Positions 48,996-57,763 of a DNA stretch of 57,877 nucleotides are shown in pieces (position 1 is the first letter of the stretch; every line of letters starts with the position of its first letter). The DNA is taken from the NCBI GenBank assembly GCA_944329385.1, contig CALVIE010000003.1:1-57877 (forward strand), given 5' to 3'. The stretch comes from an uncultured Bacilli bacterium (GTDB taxonomy: Bacteria; Bacillota_I; Bacilli_A; RF39; UBA660). Both the position numbers and the translations under genes were made by a program. A model generated the notes under the pieces. That model worked only from the letters and a program-made list of their open reading frames with translations, had not been told where the DNA came from and did not search any database.

Positions 48996-49520
48996 ATGTC
49001 TAAAAAAGAAAAAAGAAAAATAGCTAGAATGATTTTAAATCAAAACTTAGAAAAACAAGATAAAGAAGATATTATAGATCTGCTTGCCGACTCATCAATA
49101 GCCATTGATGTAGATAAAGAAGAAGAACAAAATCTAACATTTTCAGAAAAAATGGCCGATAAAATATCGGAAATAGCCGGTAGTTGGACTTTTATCTTTA
49201 TATCGGTTATATTCCTAATAACTTGGATGATTGTAAACACCATTCTTTTAAAAGAAAATCAAATCGATCCATACCCATTCATATTATTAAACTTAATTTT
49301 ATCATGTATATCAGCTCTTCAAGCCCCAATCATTATGATGAGTCAAAATAGAGCTTCTAAAAAAGATAGCCTAAGAAATCAAAATGACTATAAAATAGAT
49401 TTAAAAAGCGAATTACTCTTAGAAGATTTACACCATAAAATAGAAGTTTTATTAAATAATCAAAATAGACTATTAAATATCTTAGAAAAATCCATTTTAA
49501 ATGATGAAAACCAAAAATAA
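48996..49520 (+). CDS. DUF1003 membrane protein
   Basis: GSWTFIFI...W...N, two TM segments and a following coiled region are typical of DUF1003. Confidence 0.6.
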   Translation: MSKKEKRKIARMILNQNLEKQDKEDIIDLLADSSIAIDVDKEEEQNLTFSEKMADKISEIAGSWTFIFISVIFLITWMIVNTILLKENQIDPYPFILLNLILSCISALQAPIIMMSQNRASKKDSLRNQNDYKIDLKSELLLEDLHHKIEVLLNNQNRLLNILEKSILNDENQK

Positions 49521-49551
49521 AGAAGCAATATAAACTAAAAATTGCTTCTTT

Positions 49552-50475
49552 TTACATTGAAATTTCAAATGGAATTTCTTTTGAACCATCTCCTGAAACT
49601 ATTTGTACTTTACTAGACAAATATAAAGATGGGCGAACTGCAAACGGATTGATAACGCTGTAGATGTCGACGAAGCCGTCTGAATACACGAAGAACACAT
49701 TACTAGAGTCACCGGCATAAGGCGACAACGTCCACCAATTAGTATTATTCTGCATCCATGTTGTATTTTTACAAATATCATTATTATCTTGATTTAACGC
49801 ATGCGTTCCACAACTACTTTGATTACTATTACTTCTTATATATTCGCTCATTGTTATTAAGGCTACTTTACCATTCCATTTCTTACTATTTTCATCATTT
49901 ATTTGATTTGCCAAATCATTATTACCCCATGTTGCTGAACCTATGCTCCAATCTTTTGTAACAATCTGTCCTTGAACTGCAGAGTTTAGTGTTTCTGTCA
50001 AATAGCTTTCATTTAAATACGTATTTAAATTGACTGGTCGTGCCCAATTATTTGAATATGATGAGTCCCACACTCTATTTCCTATACTTGCATCCCTCAT
50101 TATTTTTATTGTCTTATCTGGCTCTATCGATACTATTCTCCATGTTTCATTATTGAACGTTATATAATTATTTACATTTTTCCCTTTATAAAAATATCTT
50201 CCTTCTTCATAGTTATCTTTGTATAATCCATCACCAGAATCAACTACAGGATTTTTTTCTAATATTATATCTCCTCCTGTTTTTGGCGGAAAACAAGCAC
50301 TATAAAGTTCATCTATTGCTCCTTGTACGTCAGTACTTTTTAAACCACTTATTCCATTATTATAAGTAACTTGATTGCTTGGAAAAAGTGTAGTTGCAAA
50401 AACGCCTATACCACTAAATAAAAATGCAGTTGCTATAAATATAAACAATCTATTTTTAAGAATTTTTTTAAACAT
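49552..50475 (-). CDS. Secreted/anchored protein with C-terminal WW..SP...V...G....VRP.LYL domain (candidate DGR target)
   Basis: N-terminal TM or signal segment. VQGAIDELY motif. The C-terminal region carries an anomalous A-poor, NNC-rich patch. ATG at 50475 follows AGGAAGGTG. Confidence 0.6.
   Translation of the reverse strand: MFKKILKNRLFIFIATAFLFSGIGVFATTLFPSNQVTYNNGISGLKSTDVQGAIDELYSACFPPKTGGDIILEKNPVVDSGDGLYKDNYEEGRYFYKGKNVNNYITFNNETWRIVSIEPDKTIKIMRDASIGNRVWDSSYSNNWARPVNLNTYLNESYLTETLNSAVQGQIVTKDWSIGSATWGNNDLANQINDENSKKWNGKVALITMSEYIRSNSNQSSCGTHALNQDNNDICKNTTWMQNNTNWWTLSPYAGDSSNVFFVYSDGFVDIYSVINPFAVRPSLYLSSKVQIVSGDGSKEIPFEISM
49630..49737 (-). repeat. Candidate DGR variable region (VR)
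   Basis: Hand counts on the coding strand give 18 A and 54 G+C in 108 nt. The 60 nt just upstream have 28 A and 15 G+C. 14 of 36 codons are NNC, including 8 consecutive. No matching TR is present in the window. Confidence 0.45.
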
Positions 50476-50524
50476 CAACCTTATCACCTTCCTATATAAT
50501 TAATTTAAAAATATTATATCACAA

Positions 50525-50545
50525 ATGTTGCCAATCTAGCAACAT
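50525..50545. promoter_or_regulatory. Inverted repeat ATGTTGC-N7-GCAACAT in a divergent promoter region (possible XRE operator)
   Basis: Perfect 7-bp arms between the divergently transcribed genes 49552..50475 and 50591..50845. Confidence 0.25.
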
Positions 50546-50590
50546 ACTTTTCATATAAAAAATGAGAAAATAAATTACAAGGTGATACAA

Positions 50591-50845
50591 ATGAAAATAG
50601 ATAAAAATAGTGATGATTTTTGTTTTTATCAAGCGAGAATTAATATAAAAAAATACCGAAAAAAGTTAGGAATAACTGCCCAAGAACTTGCTGACAAAGC
50701 TGATCTTTCTCACCAATTTATAAGGAGTTTAGAGGCCTTAAAAATAGTTAAAAGGCCAAGACTAGATACCTTATCAAGAATAGCCAAAGCTCTAAACATA
50801 GAATTAAGACAACTATTTGACGATATTAAAATAGATGACAAATAA
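50591..50845 (+). CDS. XRE-family helix-turn-helix transcriptional regulator
   Basis: I.KYRKKLGITAQELADKADLSHQFIRSLE HTH_3 pattern. Confidence 0.8.
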   Translation: MKIDKNSDDFCFYQARINIKKYRKKLGITAQELADKADLSHQFIRSLEALKIVKRPRLDTLSRIAKALNIELRQLFDDIKIDDK

Positions 50846-50922
50846 AGGCCTCTGAAAAAGGCGTTTTTTCTTGATATAAAAATTGGTATAGTATATAATT
50901 AAAATAAAGGAGAGTGAAATAA

Positions 50923-52080
50923 ATGGGTTTAATAAAAGCCGTAACTAGTTCAGTATCTTCTGGACTTGGAGATCAATTTAAAGAGTTTATTGAATGTCCT
51001 CAAATTGCAAATAACGTTCTAATTCAAAGAGGAAAAGTAAATCATGGAGAGGGAAATAAAAATCCCGAAGAAGGAATAATTACTAAAGGAAGTCAGATAG
51101 TCGTCCCAGAAGGAATGGCTATGATGATTATTGATAATGGTGCCATTGCTGACTTTTCAGCAGAACCAGGTATATATACTTATGAACAAAGCACTGAACC
51201 AACAGTTTTTGATGGTGGTTTCTTTAAAGGTGTAAAAGAAACAATAAAAAATATCGGAAGGCGTATAACTTATGGCGGACAGCCTGCTCACGACCAAAGA
51301 GTGTATTATGTTAATACTAAAAATATGTTAGGTAATAAATTTGGCAGTCCTCAGCCTAAAAAAATAACCGATGAAAAATATGGAACTTTAGAAGTAACAT
51401 TCTTTGGAGAATATGCCGTTAGAGTTGTTGACCCAGCTATTTTAATAGCTAGTGTTATTGGTACAAACCCAAAAGATACCATAACATTTGATGAAGTAGT
51501 AGGAAGTCAATTAAAAACAAAATTCATTGAAAAAGTTACTCAAGCAATTTCTAACGTCATGAGAAACAAAAAAGTTTCATTTGGAGATATGGGACTTTAT
51601 GGCAGTGACATTTCAGATGAAATGAATAAATGCCTAGATGAATCCTGGAAAAAACAATATGGACTAATGGTTACTGATGTTGCCATGGGAGATATTAATT
51701 TAACAGAAGAGTCAATGAATAGAGTATCACGTATTGATGACGCGAAAATCTTCTCAGATCCTACCTTACAATCAGGACTCATGGCAAGTGCCTCTGCACA
51801 GGCTATGGAAAAAGCTGCATCTAATGAAGCTGGATCTATGATGGGATTTATGGGGATGGGCTTGGCTAACCAAACAGGAGCCAATATGATTAATGCCGTT
51901 AACCAAAATATGCAAAATGCTCAAATGACAAACCAAAATATCAATCAAACCCAAAACCAAGTTCCAACCCAATCTGTAGCAGCTGTAACACAAGATGACC
52001 AAGCTCCAAAATTCTGTAGTAACTGCGGAGCTAAATTAACTGGAAAATTCTGCAGTAACTGTGGTAAGGAAGCTAAATAA
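50923..52080 (+). CDS. SPFH/Band-7-like protein with C-terminal double zinc ribbon (COG4260, YdjI-like)
   Basis: MGLIKAV....GDQFKEFIE....N.L..R........I..GS.IVV.EG..A......G pattern, a Q/N-rich linker, and FCSNCGAKLTGKFCSNCG. Confidence 0.7.
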   Translation: MGLIKAVTSSVSSGLGDQFKEFIECPQIANNVLIQRGKVNHGEGNKNPEEGIITKGSQIVVPEGMAMMIIDNGAIADFSAEPGIYTYEQSTEPTVFDGGFFKGVKETIKNIGRRITYGGQPAHDQRVYYVNTKNMLGNKFGSPQPKKITDEKYGTLEVTFFGEYAVRVVDPAILIASVIGTNPKDTITFDEVVGSQLKTKFIEKVTQAISNVMRNKKVSFGDMGLYGSDISDEMNKCLDESWKKQYGLMVTDVAMGDINLTEESMNRVSRIDDAKIFSDPTLQSGLMASASAQAMEKAASNEAGSMMGFMGMGLANQTGANMINAVNQNMQNAQMTNQNINQTQNQVPTQSVAAVTQDDQAPKFCSNCGAKLTGKFCSNCGKEAK

Positions 52081-52613
52081 TGAATGAAATATTAAAATAT
52101 GATAAAGAATTTTCTGAAAGCAAATTCAAAACATATGCTGATAATGTTTTCATTCAGCTTCATTTGGCTGTAGTCACCAAAGAACTAGAAAATATCAGAC
52201 ATTTCTTATCAGATGAAGTTTATAATAAATATCAAAAGATAGTGGATGAATTAACTAAAAAACACTTAATTCAAATGTATGATGAAATAAATGTTGCTCA
52301 AACAGAAATTTTAAATTACACTGTAACTGATAAAGATATGATAATTAAAATATATATACTATCAAGATACTTAGATTATCTTATGGATGAAGATGGAAAT
52401 TATATAAGTGGTGATACTGACATAAGAAGTGAAAAATCAAACTATCTAACATTTACTAAAAAAATCAATTTTCAAACTACAGGTTCAGTCAAAAAATGCC
52501 CAGGCTGCGGTGCTTCTATTGATGTCAACGCAAATGGCAAATGCGCATACTGCGGAACAATTTATAATTTAGATGACAAAGATTGGGTATTAACATCAAT
52601 TGAAACCAAATAA
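52080..52613 (+). CDS. Tim44-like domain protein with C-terminal zinc ribbon
   Basis: F.ESKFKTYADNVFIQL......ELENIRHFLSDEVY Tim44-like pattern and CPGCGA...CAYCG. The start overlaps the upstream stop. Confidence 0.55.
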   Translation: MNEILKYDKEFSESKFKTYADNVFIQLHLAVVTKELENIRHFLSDEVYNKYQKIVDELTKKHLIQMYDEINVAQTEILNYTVTDKDMIIKIYILSRYLDYLMDEDGNYISGDTDIRSEKSNYLTFTKKINFQTTGSVKKCPGCGASIDVNANGKCAYCGTIYNLDDKDWVLTSIETK

Positions 52614-52625
52614 AAGGAGAGGCCT

Positions 52626-53486
52626 ATGAATAAAAAGATAAAAAATATATTTTTAATTCTTATCGCATTTTTTCTTTTTATAATACCAATCTATCATCCT
52701 GGGGCAGACTCTGGATTTGATGGGAGCTATTCTGGTGGCTCATCAGGAAGCTTTGGAGGTGGTTTTTCATCGGGCTCTAGCTGGAGTTCATCTTACCATG
52801 GAAGCTACTCTAGTGGACCAGTAGATCCTATAACAGCCTTTATTAGCCTCGCATTTGTTCTCACAATTACAGCCATAATAATTATAAATGCCAAAAAGCA
52901 AACCCTACAAGGCCCTAGAACATCATTAAAAAATGTTTCACCTTATAACAAAGAAAAATTTAAACAATATATTAAAGATTTCGATGAAATAAAATTTAAA
53001 CAAGAAGCCTTTGAAATATATAAAAATATTCAAATTGCTTGGATGAACTTTGATTATGAAACACTTAGAAAAAATGTCACTGATGAAATGTATAACATGT
53101 ATAAATCACAGTTAACTACGCTAAAAGTCAAAAAGCAGAAAAACATCATGGAAGATTTCAACCTATTAGGCTTTAATATTATTGGTATGGAAATAAAAGA
53201 AGAATTTGTATCATTAACAGTAACTATGCAAATAGAATGTTACGACTACATTACCAATAAAGATAATAAAGTAGTTAGAGGAACTAAAAAAAGAAAAGTT
53301 CTTTATAATTATGCTATGACCTTCAATAAAGGTATTAGTAATAAAAATAATAGATGTCCAAATTGCGGTGCACCTTTAGAAAATACTAATTCAAGTAAAT
53401 GTCCGTATTGTGACTCAGTAATCATAAGTAAAAACTATGACTGGGTTTTAGCCAAAAAACAAGTTTTATCACAAAGATGCAAATAA
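52626..53486 (+). CDS. Membrane protein with G/S-rich region, Tim44-like domain and C-terminal zinc ribbon
   Basis: N-terminal TM, GSYSGGSSGSFGGGFSSGSS low-complexity region, second TM, FKQEAFEIYKNIQIAW...LRKNVTDEMY and CPNCGA...CPYCDS. Confidence 0.55.
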   Translation: MNKKIKNIFLILIAFFLFIIPIYHPGADSGFDGSYSGGSSGSFGGGFSSGSSWSSSYHGSYSSGPVDPITAFISLAFVLTITAIIIINAKKQTLQGPRTSLKNVSPYNKEKFKQYIKDFDEIKFKQEAFEIYKNIQIAWMNFDYETLRKNVTDEMYNMYKSQLTTLKVKKQKNIMEDFNLLGFNIIGMEIKEEFVSLTVTMQIECYDYITNKDNKVVRGTKKRKVLYNYAMTFNKGISNKNNRCPNCGAPLENTNSSKCPYCDSVIISKNYDWVLAKKQVLSQRCK

Positions 53487-53515
53487 AATAGGAATTATAT
53501 AACAATTCCTATTTT
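53485..53515. terminator. Bidirectional hairpin terminator between convergent genes
   Basis: AAAATAGGAATT-ATATAAC-AATTCCTATTTT 12-bp stem that overlaps the clpB stop. Confidence 0.6.
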
Positions 53516-55620
53516 ATTATAAAATGACCATTTTTAACATCGATTGTCACAGTAGAATTAAACTTAACATCTTCATTTATAATAGCCCTCGCAATTAAAG
53601 TTTCAATATTCCTGCTGACAAACCTTTTAATTGGTCTAGCTCCATATTTTTCATCGTAAGAATTTTCTATTATAAATTTTTTAGCTGCATCAGTAACTAA
53701 TAAAGAAAGCTTCTTATCACGCAATCTATATTCAATCTCAGATATAATTTTATCTAAAATTTCATAAACAACATTTTTAGACAAAGCATTAAAAATAATA
53801 ATTTCATCAATACGATTAATAAACTCAGGCTTAAACGTTCTTCTAAGCTCACTCATAACCATTTCATCACTATCATCATGACCCTCTAAAATATAATCAC
53901 TACCTAAATTAGACGTCATAATAATAATTGTATTTTTAAAATCAACAGTCCTACCTTGTGAATCTGTAATTCTACCATCGTCAAGTATTTGAAGCAAAAT
54001 GTTAAAAACATCCTTGTGAGCTTTTTCAATCTCATCAAACAAAACAATACTATAAGGATTTCTTCTAACGGCCTCAGTTAACTGTCCACCATCATCATAA
54101 CCGACATATCCAGGAGGCGAACCAATAAGTCTAGATACCGAATGAGCTTCCATATACTCACTCATATCAATTCTAACAATATGTCTTTCATCATCAAAAA
54201 GTTCATAAGCTAAAGACTTAGCCACCTCTGTCTTACCAACCCCAGTTGGACCTAAAAAGATAAATGAACCAATTGGCCTATTAGGATCTTTAATACCTGC
54301 ACGTGCTCTTATAATAGCTTCACTTACTAAATGTAAAGCTTTATCTTGGCCTTTAACTCTCTTTTTCAAATTATCCTCTAAATGAAGTAGTTTCTCTTTC
54401 TCAGTACCTACTAATTTACTAATTGGAATATTTGTCCACTTAGAAATAATAGAAGCAATAGACTCATCATCAACAACATCACTTAAAATAGAATTTTTAT
54501 TGTTTTTCTTTAACTCTTCAAGTTCCTTTTCTAAAGAAGGAATAACTCCATGACGAAGTCTAGCTGCTGACTCTAAATCATACTTAGATTCCGCATATTC
54601 CAAATCACGTTGGGCTTTTTCAATCTCCTCTTTTTTATGATTAATTGAGCTGTTAATTTCTTTCTCGTGTTCCCAAGCATTTCTAAGCTCCTTTTCCTTA
54701 TCTTTTAAAGAAATAAGTTTCTCATCTATTTCCTTAATTCTATTCTTAGAAAATTCATCTTTCTCTTTTTTTAATGCTTGTTTTTCAATCTCTAACTGCA
54801 TAATTTTACGTGTTAAACTGTCCAAAGAAGTTGGAACTGACTCTAACTGAACTTTAATAGTCGCACATGCCTCATCAACTAAATCAATAGCCTTATCAGG
54901 TAAAAATCTGTCAGTAATATATCTGTCAGATAAACTAGCTGCCGCAACTAAAGCTCTATCTTTAATAGTAACCCCGTGATAAACCTCAAAACGAGATTTT
55001 AAACCACGTAATATAGTAATTGTATCAAGTACAGTAGGTTCAGTTACTAAGACTTTTTGAAAACGTCTTTCTAAAGCTCCATCTTTTTCAATATATTTTC
55101 TGTATTCATTTAAAGTTGTTGCCCCAATACAGTGAATCTCACCACGTGCAAGCATTGGCTTAAGCATATTTCCAGCATCCATTGCTCCCTCTAAAGCCCC
55201 TGCACCAACAATCATGTGTATCTCATCAATAAACATAATAATTTCACCATCAGAGTCCTTAACTTCTTTTAATACTGCTTTTAATCTATCTTCAAACTCA
55301 CCACGGTACTTTGCTCCGGCAATTAAAGAACCCATATCAAGCTCCCAAATACGTTTGTCTTTTAAACTATTTGGGACATCTCCTTTAATAATTCTTTGAG
55401 CTAAACCTTCAACAATCGCCGTTTTACCAACACCAGGTTCACCAATTAAAACCGGATTGTTCTTAGTCTTACGAGATAAAATACGCGTAATAGAACGTAT
55501 CTCATCATCACGGCCAATAACTGGATCTACTTTTCCATCCTTAACCGCTTCAGTAATATCGCGTCCATATTTCTCTAAAACATTTTGTAATCCATCTTGA
55601 TAAGCTTGTGCTTCGTTCAT
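53509..55620 (-). CDS. clpB: AAA+ disaggregase ClpB lacking the N-terminal domain (703 aa)
   Basis: The protein starts at ...[29 protein letters not shown]. It has two Walker A motifs ([18 protein letters not shown]), a long coiled-coil M-domain and GARPIKR. A strong SD (AAGGAGGTG) precedes the ATG. Confidence 0.9.
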   Translation of the reverse strand: MNEAQAYQDGLQNVLEKYGRDITEAVKDGKVDPVIGRDDEIRSITRILSRKTKNNPVLIGEPGVGKTAIVEGLAQRIIKGDVPNSLKDKRIWELDMGSLIAGAKYRGEFEDRLKAVLKEVKDSDGEIIMFIDEIHMIVGAGALEGAMDAGNMLKPMLARGEIHCIGATTLNEYRKYIEKDGALERRFQKVLVTEPTVLDTITILRGLKSRFEVYHGVTIKDRALVAAASLSDRYITDRFLPDKAIDLVDEACATIKVQLESVPTSLDSLTRKIMQLEIEKQALKKEKDEFSKNRIKEIDEKLISLKDKEKELRNAWEHEKEINSSINHKKEEIEKAQRDLEYAESKYDLESAARLRHGVIPSLEKELEELKKNNKNSILSDVVDDESIASIISKWTNIPISKLVGTEKEKLLHLEDNLKKRVKGQDKALHLVSEAIIRARAGIKDPNRPIGSFIFLGPTGVGKTEVAKSLAYELFDDERHIVRIDMSEYMEAHSVSRLIGSPPGYVGYDDGGQLTEAVRRNPYSIVLFDEIEKAHKDVFNILLQILDDGRITDSQGRTVDFKNTIIIMTSNLGSDYILEGHDDSDEMVMSELRRTFKPEFINRIDEIIIFNALSKNVVYEILDKIISEIEYRLRDKKLSLLVTDAAKKFIIENSYDEKYGARPIKRFVSRNIETLIARAIINEDVKFNSTVTIDVKNGHFIIK

Positions 55621-55679
55621 ACTAACACCTCCTTAAAATTAATCTTATGCAAGACCACATTATAACTATACCACCACTT

Positions 55680-55706
55680 TTAGCACTTGTCAAGTGAGAG
55701 TGCTAA
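55680..55706. promoter_or_regulatory. CIRCE operator (HrcA binding site) overlapping the clpB promoter
   Basis: TTAGCACTT-N9-GAGTGCTAA versus the consensus TTAGCACTC-N9-GAGTGCTAA. Minus-strand -35 TTGACA (55693..55688), 17-nt spacer, -10 TATAGT (55670..55665). Confidence 0.85.
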
Positions 55707-55747
55707 AAAATAATATGTATAAGAGTGCTAAAAAATAATATGTATAA
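55698..55747. repeat. 25-bp tandem direct repeat (2 full copies plus a partial third), each starting with the CIRCE right half-site
   Basis: GAGTGCTAAAAAATAATATGTATAA occurs twice and is followed by GAGTGATGAAAAAG. Confidence 0.85.
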
Positions 55748-55870
55748 GAGTGATGAAAAAGTGGTAAATATATAGAGTAATAAAAGTAAAATAATGTTTA
55801 AGAGTAACAAAATACTTCATATATAATTGCTAAAAAAGTAATAAACTGCTAAAATAAAAATGGTGAGAAT

Positions 55871-56938
55871 ATGAAAAAAATATCACTTTGTATGATTGTT
55901 AAAAATGAAAGTCTTGTTTTAGAAAAGTGCCTAAATAGTATCAAAGGTTTAGTCGATGAAATAATTATTGTAGATACTGGAAGTACTGACAACACCAAAG
56001 AAATCGCCAAAAAATATACAGACAAAATTTATGATTTTAAATGGGTTGATGACTTTTCAAAAGCTAGAAATTATTCTTTTTCTAAAGCTACTAAAGACTA
56101 TATTTTATGGCTAGATGCTGATGATTATTTACCAAAAGAAGAAATATCAAAATTTCAAAAATTAAAAGAATCATTAGATGGCACTATAGATATGTATACT
56201 ATGAAATACATATATAGCCAAGATAAAAATGGCATGCCCACTTATGTTCAAAGAAAATATAGACTATTAAAAAGAGAAAATAATTATATTTGGGAAAGTC
56301 CCATTCATGAATTTATAAAACCTAAAGGAAAAATTGTTCAAACAGAAATTACAATTATTCATAATAAAATACATATAAACGATTCTAATCGTAACAGACG
56401 CATATTTGAAAAGATGATCAAAGAAAATCATCCTTTCACCATTAGAGAAAAATACTGCTATGCCGATTGCCTATATCGAAGTAGAGAATATCAAAATGCT
56501 ATCGACAAATTTGAAAAATTTGTTGAAGAAACCATACAAAATTATAACGAAAATAAACATTATCTATATATGGCCTTAATTGAACTAGCTGATTGTTATA
56601 AAGCTGTAAATGATTCAAAAAAAGAAATAGACACCTTATTTTTAATCTTAAAAAATCAAATTCCAACTAGAACGTGTCTTTATAAAATTGGTGATTGTTT
56701 TCGTAGACAAAAAAATTATCAATTAGCTGTTTATTATCTTGAACTTGCTTTAAATATAGAAGATGATTCAAATAATCCAGAATATGAAAAATATCTTTGC
56801 TATCTCGATTTGGGCTTTTGCTATTACTATCTAAAAGAATATCAAAAAGCTTATGATGCTAACGAAGAAGCTGGAAAAATAAATAAAAAAGATAATACAT
56901 ATCTTAAAAATAAAAATATATACCAAAAGTTTATATAA
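55871..56938 (+). CDS. Family-2 glycosyltransferase with C-terminal TPR-like repeats
   Basis: ISLCMIVKNE, IIIVDTGSTDNT and WLDADD (DxD) motifs, followed by Y/A-rich TPR-like helices. Confidence 0.75.
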   Translation: MKKISLCMIVKNESLVLEKCLNSIKGLVDEIIIVDTGSTDNTKEIAKKYTDKIYDFKWVDDFSKARNYSFSKATKDYILWLDADDYLPKEEISKFQKLKESLDGTIDMYTMKYIYSQDKNGMPTYVQRKYRLLKRENNYIWESPIHEFIKPKGKIVQTEITIIHNKIHINDSNRNRRIFEKMIKENHPFTIREKYCYADCLYRSREYQNAIDKFEKFVEETIQNYNENKHYLYMALIELADCYKAVNDSKKEIDTLFLILKNQIPTRTCLYKIGDCFRRQKNYQLAVYYLELALNIEDDSNNPEYEKYLCYLDLGFCYYYLKEYQKAYDANEEAGKINKKDNTYLKNKNIYQKFI

Positions 56939-57001
56939 ATATTCCAAATTACTTATAACCGTGTTATACTACATAAGTAATTAAAAAGAAAGGAATAAAA
57001 T

Positions 57002-57625
57002 ATGTCTAAATTAAGTAATAGAACCATTGTTATAATAGCTTTCATTGCTATAATTGGTGGAATTTTAATAATATCTGCAGATTATCTAGAAGGAAAAAAA
57101 GAAAAAGCCTATCAAAAGGTTAGTATTTCACTATATAGCGAAATAAATAATAAAAAACAAGACAATACCCCACAAAATATTGAAACCACTGAAGAAGAGT
57201 ATATCCCAACACCAAATCCTAATGGATACCTAGGAATTTTAACTATTGATAAAATCAACCTACAGCAAGGATTTTATGATAAAACTAACGAAAATAACAA
57301 TGTAAGTAAAAATCTTACATTTCTAAGTCCTTCGAACTACCCTGATGAAAAAAACGGCAATGTTATTTTAGTTGCTCATTCTGGTGTTACTCACATTGCA
57401 TACTTTAAAAACTTATATCAATTAAAAGTAGGGGACATTGCTAAAATAGAATATAAAGGACATTTATATACCTATAAAATAGATAACATTTATAATGAAA
57501 CAAAAGATGGCAATGTTACAGTATATAGAGATACTAGTCGTCAAACCTTAACTATGATTACTTGTACTAAAAACGATGACACAAAACAAACAATATATAT
57601 TGCTTATTTAGAAAGTGTGAAATAA
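57002..57625 (+). CDS. Sortase-family transpeptidase
   Basis: N-terminal TM, G.L.I.KI.L, ILVAHSG (His) and TLTMITC (TLxTC Cys). Confidence 0.75.
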   Translation: MSKLSNRTIVIIAFIAIIGGILIISADYLEGKKEKAYQKVSISLYSEINNKKQDNTPQNIETTEEEYIPTPNPNGYLGILTIDKINLQQGFYDKTNENNNVSKNLTFLSPSNYPDEKNGNVILVAHSGVTHIAYFKNLYQLKVGDIAKIEYKGHLYTYKIDNIYNETKDGNVTVYRDTSRQTLTMITCTKNDDTKQTIYIAYLESVK

Positions 57626-57677
57626 AAAACATTTTGTTAAAAAAACTTATATTAGAAATCAAAAATATATTAAAAAG

Positions 57678-57704
57678 CTTAGAAATTCTCATTCTAAGTT
57701 TTTT
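57678..57704 (+). terminator. Rho-independent terminator after the sortase gene
   Basis: CTTAGAA-loop-TTCTAAG followed by T6. Confidence 0.6.
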
Positions 57705-57763
57705 ATTAGTAATTTTTATAGACATCTGTAAAACTTGTAAATTTTAGTAATTATCAATAATTA

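Noticed and set aside
55698-55747. Tandem 25-bp repeats as a possible CRISPR array
   Set aside because: There are only two contiguous copies with no spacers and no cas genes. The unit starts with a CIRCE half-site, so it is a promoter-region duplication.
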